Source: Jiangella endophytica (lineage in GTDB: Bacteria; Actinomycetota; Actinomycetes; Jiangellales; Jiangellaceae). Taken from it: 24,000 nucleotides of DNA. Each line of letters starts with the position of its first letter. Positions within the stretch are counted from its first letter, which is position 1. Shown here piece by piece: positions 1-7,976 of the stretch. The stretch lies in the NCBI RefSeq assembly GCF_003427025.1, contig NZ_QVAI01000019.1, positions 40,151 through 64,150 on the forward strand. Reading direction: 5' to 3'. The notes under the pieces are model-generated. The model was not told where the DNA came from. It saw only the letters and a list, made by a program, of their open reading frames with translations, and made no database searches. A program made the translations under genes and the position numbers.

Positions 1-705
1 CTCGGCGGCCTGCGCGAGGCCCGGCGGCGGCTCGACGAGTATGGTGGCGACAAGGAGCTGTGGCTGACCGAGGCCTACTCGTGCACCCGGCCGAACCACT
101 GGTGGAACGACACCATGCGCCAGTCGGCCGAGAACGTCCTGCTCACGCTCGCGCTGGCGAAGTCAGAGGGGGTCGACGGCGTCAACTGGTACCAGCTGCA
201 CGACAGCATCATCCATCAGCCGCAGAAGGCCAACCCGACCAACCCGGAGTACCACTTCGGACTGATGAACCGCGACACCAGCGTGAAGCCGTCGCTGCTC
301 GCGTACGCCACCGCCACCCGCGTCCTCGAGGGCGCGGAGTTCGTCCGCTGGCTGTCGTTCTCCGATCCGGACGTCAAGGGGTTGCAGTTCGACACCCCGG
401 ACGGGCCGATGTCGGTCCTGTGGACCCGCAAGGACGGCTACTTCCTCAACGCCGACCACGACGACGCCAGCCCGTACTACGCGCACCCGGAGGCGTGGGA
501 GGACGACTGGCCGACCAAGACCGACGTCGCGTTCCGCGGTGCCCGGCTGCGTGAGGTCGACGTGCTCGGCCGCGAGCGCGGCGTCACCGGGTCGCGCGGC
601 ACCGTCGACGTCGTCCTGGACGGCACGCCGCGCGTCTACTACGGCCTCGGCGACCAGCCGGAGCGCCGGGTCTCGTCGATCACTCACCGTCCAGTGGAGG
701 GCTGA
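1..705 (+). CDS. glycoside hydrolase-like protein, C-terminal part (5' end lies outside the window)
   Basis: Frame 1 is open from base 1, with no stop before the first Met at 115, and ends at TGA 703-705. Codons are GC3-rich. The translation LDEYGGDKELWLTEAY... shows the hydrophobic-x-TE pattern typical of the nucleophile strand of clan GH-A TIM-barrel hydrolases, followed by a beta-rich tail. The stop overlaps the next start (TGATG). The family assignment is motif-level only. Confidence 0.55.
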   Translation, partial: LGGLREARRRLDEYGGDKELWLTEAYSCTRPNHWWNDTMRQSAENVLLTLALAKSEGVDGVNWYQLHDSIIHQPQKANPTNPEYHFGLMNRDTSVKPSLLAYATATRVLEGAEFVRWLSFSDPDVKGLQFDTPDGPMSVLWTRKDGYFLNADHDDASPYYAHPEAWEDDWPTKTDVAFRGARLREVDVLGRERGVTGSRGTVDVVLDGTPRVYYGLGDQPERRVSSITHRPVEG

Positions 706-2915
706 TGCGGGAACAACAGGTCCGGCACGACGTCACCGTGGTGGGCGGCGGGCTGGCGGGCGTGTGCGCCGCCATCGCCGCCGCCCGCCTCGGGCGCTCC
801 GTCGCGCTGATCAACAACCGCCCGGTGCTGGGCGGCAACTCCTCCAGCGAGATCCGGGTGTGGGTGGTCGGCGCGACGGCGCACGGCCGCAACCACCACG
901 CCCGCGAGACCGGCATCATGGGCGAGCTGTTCGTCGAGAACCAGTACCGCAACCCCGAGGGCAACGCGTACTACTGGGACGCGGTCGTGCTCGACGCCGT
1001 CCGGGCCGAGCCGAACATCTCGCTGTACCTCAACACCGACGTGCGTGAGGTGGCCGCGTCCGGGTCGCCGGAGGCACGGCGGGTCGAGTCGGCGACCGGC
1101 TGGACCATGGGGTCGGAGCTGCTGACGACGTTCACCGGGCCGGTGTTCCTCGACTGCACCGGCGACGGCCTGGTCGGCGCGCTGGCCGGCGCCTCGTTCC
1201 GTCTGGGGCGCGAGGCGCGGTCGGAGTACGACGAGCCGTGGGCGCCGGAGGTGGCCGACGACATCACGCTCGGCAGCACGCTGCTGTTCTACTCCAAGGA
1301 CGCCGGCGAGCCGGTCCGGTTCGTGCCGCCGGACTTCACCAAGGACATCACCGCCACGTCGATACCGGCGCGGCGGATCATCCGCGCCGAGGACAACGGG
1401 TGCGCCTACTGGTGGATCGAGTTCGGCGGCGAGCTGGACACCGTCCATGACAACGAGGCGATCCGCGACGAGCTGTGGGCCGTCGTCTACGGGATCTGGG
1501 ACCACATCAAGAACTCCGGTGCCTACGACGCGGACACCCTCACGCTGGAGTGGGTCGGAGCGGTGCCCGGGAAGCGGGAGTACCGCCGCTTCATCGGCGA
1601 CTACGTGCTGACGCAGCACGACGTGCTCGGGCAGACCGAGTTCGACGACCGCGTCGCGTTCGGCGGCTGGTCCATCGACCTGCACCCGCCCGGCGGCATG
1701 TACGCGCAGGAGGAGGGCGCCAAGCAGCGCTACGCCGACGGCATCTACCACATCCCGTACCGCATCCTGTACTCGAAGAACGTGACGAACCTGCTGCTGG
1801 CCGGCCGGAACGTGTCCGCGTCGCACGTCGCGTTCGGGACCACGCGGGTGCAGGCGACCACCGCGGTCATGGGCGAGGCGGCCGGCACGGCGGCGGCGTT
1901 GAGCGTCGCCGGCGGTGTGCCGCCGCGGTCGGTCGACGTCGGCGAGCTGCAGCGGACGCTGCTGCGGCAGGACGCGTCGATCGTCGGGCTGCCGCTGGTC
2001 GATGCCGCGGACCTCGCCGGCGCCGCGACCGTCACGGCGTCCGGGGCGCTGGCGTCGCTGGAGGTCGAGGACGGGTCGGCGCGCTGGCCGCTGGAGGCCG
2101 ACGCCGGGCTGGTGCTGCCGGTGGACCCGGCGCTGCCGGTGCTGGAGCTGCTGGCCGACGCCGAGCGCGACACGTCGCTCACCGTCGAGCTGTACGACCC
2201 CGGGCCGGGGCAGAACTACGTGCCGCGGACGCTGGTGACGTCGGCGACGGTGCCGGTGCCGGCCGGGTCGAAGCAATGGGTGCGGCTCGACCTCGACTGG
2301 TCGCCGACGACGCCACGCAACGCGTTCGTGCTGGTGAAGGCGTCGTCGTCGGTCGCGCTGTACGTCGCCGACCGGCCCACGCCGGGCGTGCTGAGCTTCA
2401 CCCGGCGCCCGCTGCGGCCGCAGGACGAGCGCCCGCAGCCGCTGCGCGAGTGGACCAACCGGGACCTGCTGCGGCGCACGTTCTGCTTCCGCGCCGGGGC
2501 CACTTCGGCGTTCACGCCCGAGAAGGCCGTCGACGGGCTCCTGCGGCCGCACGCCGGGCCGCACACCTGGGTGTCGTCGGGGCTGCCGGCCTGGCTGCGG
2601 CTGACCTGGCCGGCGCCGGTGACGATCGGCCGGGTCGAACTGATCGGCGACGACGACGTCGACGAGGATCTGATCAACCTGCATCGGCACCGCACGCCGT
2701 ACCCGGTGCCGCCGCCGCTGGTTCGCGACTACGTCGTCGAGGCGCTGGTCGCCGGCTCGTGGGCGCCGGTCGCGTCGGTCGTCGACAACCGGCGACGCCG
2801 GCGGGTGCACGAGTTGGCGTCGCCGGTGACGTGCACCGCGCTGCGGGTGACCGTGACGGCGAGCAACGGCGCGCCGGCCGCGCACGTCGTCGCGTTGCGG
2901 GCGTACGCGCCGTGA
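705..2915 (+). CDS. FAD-dependent oxidoreductase with a C-terminal galactose-binding-like (discoidin/CBM-like) domain
   Basis: The 736-aa ORF has an N-terminal dinucleotide-binding motif, VTVVGGGLAGVCAAIAAARLG. Amino-acid composition is realistic and GC3 is strong. The C-terminal ~150 aa (AVDGLLRPHAGPHTWVSS...WLRLTWPAPVTIGRVEL...ALRVTV) resembles F5/8-type-C carbohydrate-binding modules. It has a 1-nt start/stop overlap with the upstream GH and a GTGA overlap with the downstream gene. Confidence 0.8.
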   Translation: MREQQVRHDVTVVGGGLAGVCAAIAAARLGRSVALINNRPVLGGNSSSEIRVWVVGATAHGRNHHARETGIMGELFVENQYRNPEGNAYYWDAVVLDAVRAEPNISLYLNTDVREVAASGSPEARRVESATGWTMGSELLTTFTGPVFLDCTGDGLVGALAGASFRLGREARSEYDEPWAPEVADDITLGSTLLFYSKDAGEPVRFVPPDFTKDITATSIPARRIIRAEDNGCAYWWIEFGGELDTVHDNEAIRDELWAVVYGIWDHIKNSGAYDADTLTLEWVGAVPGKREYRRFIGDYVLTQHDVLGQTEFDDRVAFGGWSIDLHPPGGMYAQEEGAKQRYADGIYHIPYRILYSKNVTNLLLAGRNVSASHVAFGTTRVQATTAVMGEAAGTAAALSVAGGVPPRSVDVGELQRTLLRQDASIVGLPLVDAADLAGAATVTASGALASLEVEDGSARWPLEADAGLVLPVDPALPVLELLADAERDTSLTVELYDPGPGQNYVPRTLVTSATVPVPAGSKQWVRLDLDWSPTTPRNAFVLVKASSSVALYVADRPTPGVLSFTRRPLRPQDERPQPLREWTNRDLLRRTFCFRAGATSAFTPEKAVDGLLRPHAGPHTWVSSGLPAWLRLTWPAPVTIGRVELIGDDDVDEDLINLHRHRTPYPVPPPLVRDYVVEALVAGSWAPVASVVDNRRRRRVHELASPVTCTALRVTVTASNGAPAAHVVALRAYAP

Positions 2916-3775
2916 AGCAGGTGCTGGTGACCGGCGCGGCCGGGCGCATCGGCCGGGCCGTGCTGGATCTGCTGGCCTCGCGCGGGGTCGCCGCCACCGC
3001 GCTGGTGCTGGAGGACCCCGGCGACCTGCCGGCGGAGCGGGTCGTCGTGGGGTCGGCCGAGGACGTCGTAGCCGTGCGTGCCGCGGTGACTGACGTCGAC
3101 GCCGTCATCCACCTGGCTGCCCGCCCCGCGCCGCACTACGACACCCCCGTCGAGGTGTTCGCCGGCAACACCCGCGCGACGTACACCGTCCTGGAGGAGG
3201 CGGGTGAGGCGGGGGTGCGGCGGGCGGTGATCGCGAGCTCGTACGGCGCGACCGGGCTGCCGTGGTCGCGGGCGCTGATCCCGCCGGCCTACCTGCCCGT
3301 CGACGAGGCGCTGCCGGCCGTCGTCGAGGATCCGTACGGGCTGTCCAAGCAGGCCGACGAGCTGACCGCGGCGATGATGGCGCGGCGGCACGGGCTCACC
3401 GTGGTCGCGATCCGGTACCCGTTCGTCGGCGGCGTGGACGAGCGGCTGGCCGCGCACGCGGGTTCTCTGCGCGAGGATCCGGCGCGCGGGGTGCGCGACC
3501 TGTGGTCGTACCTCGACGTGCGCGACGCGGCGCTGGCCGCGCTGGACGCGCTGGCCGTCGACGACGGCGCCGCGCACGTCGTGCTGGTGGCGGCGCCGGA
3601 GACGCTGGTGCCGATGCCGACCGCTGACCTGCTGCGTCGGTATCTGCCCGGGGTCGAGCTGCGCCGCCCGCTGCCCGGCCGCGCCGTCCCCATCGACACG
3701 TCGGCGGCCTCGCGGCTGTTCGGCTTCGCCGCACGGCACCCCTTCGAGGATGGTTTCCCGGCCGGCCCTGGTTGA
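2912..3775 (+). CDS. NAD-dependent epimerase/dehydratase (extended SDR family)
   Basis: The real gene is the 3' part of the 1475..3775 ORF. GTG 2912 overlaps the upstream stop (GTGA). It has an N-terminal Rossmann motif, VLVTGAAGRIGRAVL, and the catalytic YxxxK as YGLSKQADE. The upstream part of the track ORF is Arg/Ala-rich off-frame noise overlapping the FAD oxidoreductase. Confidence 0.8.
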   Translation: MKQVLVTGAAGRIGRAVLDLLASRGVAATALVLEDPGDLPAERVVVGSAEDVVAVRAAVTDVDAVIHLAARPAPHYDTPVEVFAGNTRATYTVLEEAGEAGVRRAVIASSYGATGLPWSRALIPPAYLPVDEALPAVVEDPYGLSKQADELTAAMMARRHGLTVVAIRYPFVGGVDERLAAHAGSLREDPARGVRDLWSYLDVRDAALAALDALAVDDGAAHVVLVAAPETLVPMPTADLLRRYLPGVELRRPLPGRAVPIDTSAASRLFGFAARHPFEDGFPAGPG

Positions 3776-3782
3776 CGTCTGT

Positions 3783-4844
3783 ATGGACGTGGTGGTGATC
3801 GGAGCCGGCCAGGCGGGGTTGTCGACGGCGTACCACCTGCGCCGGTCGGGCCTGTCGTTCGTCGTGCTCGACGGCGCCGCCCGGCCCGGCGGCGCGTGGG
3901 CGTCGCGGCCGCCGACGCTGACGATGGCGAAGGTGCACGGAGTGTTCGACCTTCCCGGCGCGCACCGTGCCGCCTCGCCAGACGACCCAGCGCTGCCCGC
4001 CTCCGAGATCGTCGGCCGGTACTACGCCGGCTACGAGCGGCAGTTCTCCCTCCCCGTCCTGCGCCCCGTGTCGGTGACCTCGGTGTCGTCCCTGCCCGAC
4101 GGTCGCCTGCGGGTCGCCGGCTCCGACGGGCGGACGTGGACCGCGCGGGCCGTGGCCAACGCGACCGGCACCTGGACCCGCCCGCACTGGCCGTACTACC
4201 CGGGCGCGTCGTCGTTTCGCGGGTGGCAGCTGCACTCGTCGGACTACCGCGGACCCTCGGCCTTCGCCGGGCTGCGCGTGGTGGTCGTCGGCGGCGGGCA
4301 CTCGGCCGCGCACGTCCTCTCCGAGGTCGCGGACGTCGCCGCATCGGTGACCTGGGTGACCCGGCGGCCGCCGGAGTTCCGCGGGGGCGATTTCACCCCG
4401 GACGACGGCCGCTCCGTCATCGCCGACGTCGACGCCCGGGTCCGGGCCGGCCTCCCGCCGCTGAGCGTCGTCGCCGTCACCGGGCTGGGCTACACCTCCG
4501 TCGTCCGCGAGGCGATGGAGAAGGGCGTGCTCAACCCGCGGCCGATGTTCGCCCGGCTGGTCCCGTCCGGCGTCGAGTTCGCCGACGGCGCCGTCGAGCC
4601 CGCCGACGTCATCGTGTGGGCGACCGGCTTCCGTGCCGCCCTGGGCCACCTCGCCCCGCTCCACCTGCGCGAACCCGGCGGCGGCGTCCGCATGGACGGC
4701 ACCCGCGTCGTCAGCGATGCCCGCATCCACCTCGTCGGCTACGGCCCCTCCGCCAGCACCGTCGGCGCCAACCGCGCCGGTCGCGCCGCCGCGCTGGAGA
4801 TCAAGGACCTCGTCACGGCCGCCTCTACCCGCCCGGCCGCGTGA
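3783..4844 (+). CDS. FAD/NAD(P)-binding oxidoreductase, flavin-monooxygenase-like
   Basis: It has two Rossmann motifs (VVVIGAGQAGLSTAYHL and VVVVGGGHSAAHV) and an ATG linker motif (ATGTWTRPHWP). I prefer ATG 3783 (MDVVVIGAG...), 8 nt after the upstream stop. The track start at 3750 would overlap the epimerase by 26 nt, so the start is uncertain. Confidence 0.75.
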   Translation: MDVVVIGAGQAGLSTAYHLRRSGLSFVVLDGAARPGGAWASRPPTLTMAKVHGVFDLPGAHRAASPDDPALPASEIVGRYYAGYERQFSLPVLRPVSVTSVSSLPDGRLRVAGSDGRTWTARAVANATGTWTRPHWPYYPGASSFRGWQLHSSDYRGPSAFAGLRVVVVGGGHSAAHVLSEVADVAASVTWVTRRPPEFRGGDFTPDDGRSVIADVDARVRAGLPPLSVVAVTGLGYTSVVREAMEKGVLNPRPMFARLVPSGVEFADGAVEPADVIVWATGFRAALGHLAPLHLREPGGGVRMDGTRVVSDARIHLVGYGPSASTVGANRAGRAAALEIKDLVTAASTRPAA

Positions 4845-4862
4845 TCTCACGGCGATCACGCA
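4842..4862. terminator. inverted repeat between convergent genes (possible bidirectional terminator hairpin)
   Basis: CGTGATC (4842-4848), a 7-nt loop, then GATCACG (4856-4862). The repeat begins at the stop codon of the + gene (TGA 4842-4844) and ends 1 nt before that of the - gene (TCA 4863-4865). There is no U-tract, which is common in actinobacteria. Confidence 0.3.
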
Positions 4863-6338
4863 TCAGAACGGAACGAATCCGGGGTGTGTGTCGCCAGCAG
4901 GTCGTCGTCCGGGCGATCGGGCGCAGATCGGGCCGATGATTTCGGGGTCGACCGGGTAACACCGCCCAGCGGGGGTGATCCACCATGTGGCGCCGTGGGA
5001 GTCCGTCGTGACGGCGAACCCGTGCCAGGTCTTGGCCCGGTGGTGACCGCTGTGAAGTGCCCACGTGTTGTCCGCGCCGGTGGTGCCGCCGTGTGCGTAG
5101 GGCGCCTGGTGGTCGATCTCGGCCTCGGTGGCCGGCCGGTGGCAGGTGGGGAAGCGGCAGGTGCGGTCGCGGGTGACGATGTGGGCGGCGAGGTGGGCGG
5201 GTGGGGCATAGGTGTTGCGCCCGTACTCGAGCAGTCGGCCGTCGGCGGGGTCGGTGAGCAGCCGGCGCATGGTGGCATCGGCGGCGAGGTGGCAGGCGGC
5301 AGCGGCGGTGACGGGGCCGTACCCGTCGAGCTCGCCCGGTGTCGCGTCGGTCCCTGCCAGCGCGTTGATGGGCACGGTGACGTGCACCGTGGCCGCCCGG
5401 CCGCGGCGCCGCCCGAGCACCAGCGGCCCTGCGGTAGCGCCCGGCGTGCCGGGGTGGCCCGGTTGGGTGGGCGCCGGATCGCTCCTGGCTTCCGCATCGC
5501 TGGTGGGCGGGTGGGTCGTGCAGGTGGGGTGACAGCAGCCGAGGTGCCCGGATTCGAGCGCGGTCCAGGCCAGGCCGGTGAGGAGGTCGAAGCGGAGTTG
5601 GTCGAGCGTGCGGTCGTCTCCGGTGGTGCGGGCGTGCCGCGCGGCGGCGTCGGTGGCCACCCACAGTGCGGTGACGTCTTCGGCCGGTCCGCAGAGGGTG
5701 AGGGTGGCCATGCCGTCCTCGCCGCCCGGCGCGGCGGGCTCGGGACGGCTGACGTAGCGGTGCTCGGCGGCCCGGCGGCGGCGGCCTTCGGCTCCGGCGG
5801 GGTCGGCGGCGATGACCTCGCGGCGTAGTCGCTGGTCCAGTACCCACCGGGTGCGGGCCTGCGCATCGGGCAGCACGACGGCCTCCACGCGGCGGCGCAC
5901 CGCGGGGTCGGCGAGGCAGCGGGTGCGATCGGCGATCAGTCGCGCCTTGTCCGCGTCGATGTGGCCGGCGGCGAGTGCGGCGAAGGTGTCCGGGAGGTCC
6001 TCGAGCAGCTCGACCGCCAGCGCGACCCGCGCGGTCGCGCGGCCGGGGCTCCAGCGCAGGGCCAGCGACACCTCGTCGCCTGCGGCCCCGACCGCCCGGT
6101 GGGTGTGCCCCGCGCCGAGGTCGTCCGGGGCGCCGCACCGCTGGTACTGCGGCCGGGCCGCCAACTCGGCGAACACCCGCAACAGCGCGGCCTCTTCGTG
6201 TGCGACCTGACGCTGCCGCGCCAGCGCCACCGCGATCAGGTGGTGCGGAGACAGGCTCGTGACGTCGACGCACGCGAGCAGGGAGGCCAGCTCGGCACCC
6301 GGAGGCGCCGTGGCCAGGCGGTCGATCGGATCGGACAT
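4863..6338 (-). CDS. DUF222 domain / HNH endonuclease (REP13E12-like family)
   Basis: The C-terminal HNH nuclease motif is CRFPTCHRPATEAEIDHQAPYAHGGTTGADNTWALHSGHHRAKT. The N-terminal and central region is typical of DUF222 (LAR...AALLRVFAELAAR; RFDLL..LA). I prefer ATG 6338 (MSDPIDRLA...), preceded by GAAGGGGA 7 nt upstream. The 98 codons upstream in the track ORF look non-coding. Confidence 0.85.
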   Translation of the reverse strand: MSDPIDRLATAPPGAELASLLACVDVTSLSPHHLIAVALARQRQVAHEEAALLRVFAELAARPQYQRCGAPDDLGAGHTHRAVGAAGDEVSLALRWSPGRATARVALAVELLEDLPDTFAALAAGHIDADKARLIADRTRCLADPAVRRRVEAVVLPDAQARTRWVLDQRLRREVIAADPAGAEGRRRRAAEHRYVSRPEPAAPGGEDGMATLTLCGPAEDVTALWVATDAAARHARTTGDDRTLDQLRFDLLTGLAWTALESGHLGCCHPTCTTHPPTSDAEARSDPAPTQPGHPGTPGATAGPLVLGRRRGRAATVHVTVPINALAGTDATPGELDGYGPVTAAAACHLAADATMRRLLTDPADGRLLEYGRNTYAPPAHLAAHIVTRDRTCRFPTCHRPATEAEIDHQAPYAHGGTTGADNTWALHSGHHRAKTWHGFAVTTDSHGATWWITPAGRCYPVDPEIIGPICARSPGRRPAGDTHPGFVPF

Positions 6339-6544
6339 CACACGTCCCCTTCTCGTCCACGATGAGGTTGCGGTCCCTGTGTCCGGGACGCGCGCCACCC
6401 GCGTTGGCCCGTCGGGCTGGGGAGGACGACCGCAGACGGACTCGCTGCGACCGTGGACGAGGTGAGGACACCTGGTGCGGTGCCCTGCTTCGATGTCCGG
6501 GAACCCACTGCTGCCGCTCCCGGTGACGGCCCGATCTGCAGTTG

Positions 6545-6573
6545 ATCTTATCGAACATGTGTGCGGCTTGCAA
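6545..6573 (-). promoter_or_regulatory. candidate sigma-A-type promoter reading toward the HNH gene
   Basis: On the minus strand: TTGCAA (6573-6568), a 17-nt spacer, then TAAGAT (6550-6545). It sits in a locally AT-richer patch about 200 nt upstream of the HNH start. This is a sequence match only. Confidence 0.35.
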
Positions 6574-6678
6574 CTGGTGGGCTGAGTCTCAGTCGCCATC
6601 GGTCGGGACCTCCAGGCCTGCCGGACGTTCACTCGGACGCCGGCCGCGGAGACGTCGCTCCACTGCGACCGGACGTGG

Positions 6679-7530
6679 TTGACTATCGCGGTGCGCTACG
6701 GACTGAAGCTGAGCCAGCATGCCCCCATCGACGAGTACCGGGCGGTGTGGCGGGTCGCCGACGACGCGGGCTTCGACCACGTCTGGAACATGGACCACTT
6801 CGCCACCATCGGCGGCGACACCACGGGCGACATCTTCGACGCGTGGGCGCTGCTCGCGGCGATGGCCGAGACCACCACCCGGGTCCGCATCGGCTGCATG
6901 GTCACCGGCAACACGTACCGCCACCCCGGCGTGCTGGCCAAGCTGGCCGTCACCGTCGACCACCTCTCCGGCGGCCGGCTCGAGTTCGGCCTCGGCGCCG
7001 CGTGGGCCGAGTACGAGCACACGATGTTCGGGCTGCGGTTCGGCACCGCGGGCGAGCGGCTCGACCGCCTCGACGAGGCCTGCCAGATCATCCGCTCGCT
7101 GTGGACGCAGGAGCGCACCACGTTCGCCGGCGAGCACTACCGCATCGACGACGCCGTCGCCGAGCCGAAGCCGGTCCAGTCGCCGTACCCGCCGATCTGG
7201 ATCGGCGGCAGCGGGCGCAAGCGGACGTTGCGCATCACCGCGCAGTACGCCGACGTCTGGAACGCCACCGGCGACGCCGACCCGGAGACGTTCGCCGAGC
7301 TGTCCGGTGTGCTCGACGCCCACTGTGCCGACGTCGGGCGCGACCCCGGGCAGATCCGGCGGACGATCCAGCTGCGGCTGGGCGACCGGCCCGAGGACGT
7401 CCTCCCGGTGGTCGAGGCCTACGCGCGGGCCGGCGCCGACGACATCATCCTCATCACCCAGGCGGGCACGGCCGAGGTGCAGGCCACGGCGGTGGCCGAG
7501 TTGCTGCCGCGGTTGCGGTCGATCGGCTGA
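6679..7530 (+). CDS. LLM-class (luciferase-like) F420-dependent oxidoreductase
   Basis: The 283-aa ORF shows typical LLM features: RYGLKL... N-terminus, FDHVWNMDH, RIGCMVTGNTYRHPGVLAKLAVTVDHLSGGRLEFGLGAAW and PPIWIGGSG. The start is TTG 6679; GTG 6691 is an alternative. Confidence 0.85.
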   Translation: MTIAVRYGLKLSQHAPIDEYRAVWRVADDAGFDHVWNMDHFATIGGDTTGDIFDAWALLAAMAETTTRVRIGCMVTGNTYRHPGVLAKLAVTVDHLSGGRLEFGLGAAWAEYEHTMFGLRFGTAGERLDRLDEACQIIRSLWTQERTTFAGEHYRIDDAVAEPKPVQSPYPPIWIGGSGRKRTLRITAQYADVWNATGDADPETFAELSGVLDAHCADVGRDPGQIRRTIQLRLGDRPEDVLPVVEAYARAGADDIILITQAGTAEVQATAVAELLPRLRSIG

Positions 7531-7581
7531 CGTCCGGGGGTACGTTGGCCGTGATGACTCCTGTCGTAGGAGGTGAGCGCC

Positions 7582-7968
7582 ATGAGCGCCTTCACCGTCG
7601 AGTTCGAGAACCAGCCCGGGCGGCTCGCCGACCTGTGTGAGGTGATGGCGGCGCGCGACGTCAACCTGGTCATCTGCGGGGTGGTACACGGCGATGCCGG
7701 CACGGTGGCGTTCATCGCCGACGACGAGGCGGCGGCACGGTCGGCACTGCAGGACGCCGACTTCGACGCCACCGAGCGCGAGGCGCTGACGGTGCGGCTG
7801 AAGAACGCTCCCGGCGCCGGCGCCGCGACGTTCCGCAAGCTCGCCGACGCCGGGGTCAACGTCGAGGTGTTCCTGCCGGTGCGGGTCTCCGACTCGCAGT
7901 TCGTCGCCGTCCTGTGCGTCGACGACCAGGATGCCGCCGCCTCGGTGCTGGGCAACGCCGTCGTCTGA
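7582..7968 (+). CDS. ACT-domain-like small ligand-binding protein (two ACT-like halves)
   Basis: Two repeats show the beta-alpha-beta-beta-alpha-beta pattern (FTVEFENQPGRLADLCEVMAARDVNL... and LTVRLKNAPGAGAATFRKLADAGVNVE...). AGGAGG at 7568-7573 sits 8 nt before ATG 7582. The track start GTG 7573 overlaps the last base of that RBS, so ATG 7582 is preferred. Confidence 0.55.
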   Translation: MSAFTVEFENQPGRLADLCEVMAARDVNLVICGVVHGDAGTVAFIADDEAAARSALQDADFDATEREALTVRLKNAPGAGAATFRKLADAGVNVEVFLPVRVSDSQFVAVLCVDDQDAAASVLGNAVV

Positions 7969-7976
7969 CGGCTCGT

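Noticed and set aside
684-2885. 733-aa ORF on the minus strand, mirroring the FAD oxidoreductase gene
   Set aside because: The product is extremely Arg/Pro/Gly/Asp-rich and low in complexity, with no recognisable motif. It is the antisense shadow expected at >70% GC. The + strand ORF has a GxGxxG fold and a proper GC3 pattern.
1475-2911. N-terminal 479 codons of the 766-aa + strand ORF 1475..3775
   Set aside because: This is an off-frame read through the FAD oxidoreductase gene, with Arg/Ala/Gly-rich nonsense. The recognisable SDR protein begins only at GTG 2912, which forms a GTGA overlap with the upstream stop.
3289-6573. Long minus-strand ORFs 3289..4344, 3396..4859, 4825..6573 and 4856..5866
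   Set aside because: These are Arg/Pro/Ala-rich shadow frames overlapping genes with clear domains (SDR, FMO-like, DUF222-HNH). They have no motifs and an implausible composition.
6339-6632. 98-codon N-terminal extension of the HNH ORF (track start at 6632)
   Set aside because: The extension has an atypical composition (Cys/His/Thr/Ser-rich), lower GC3 and no RBS. ATG 6338 has a GAAGGGGA RBS and starts the conserved DUF222 region.
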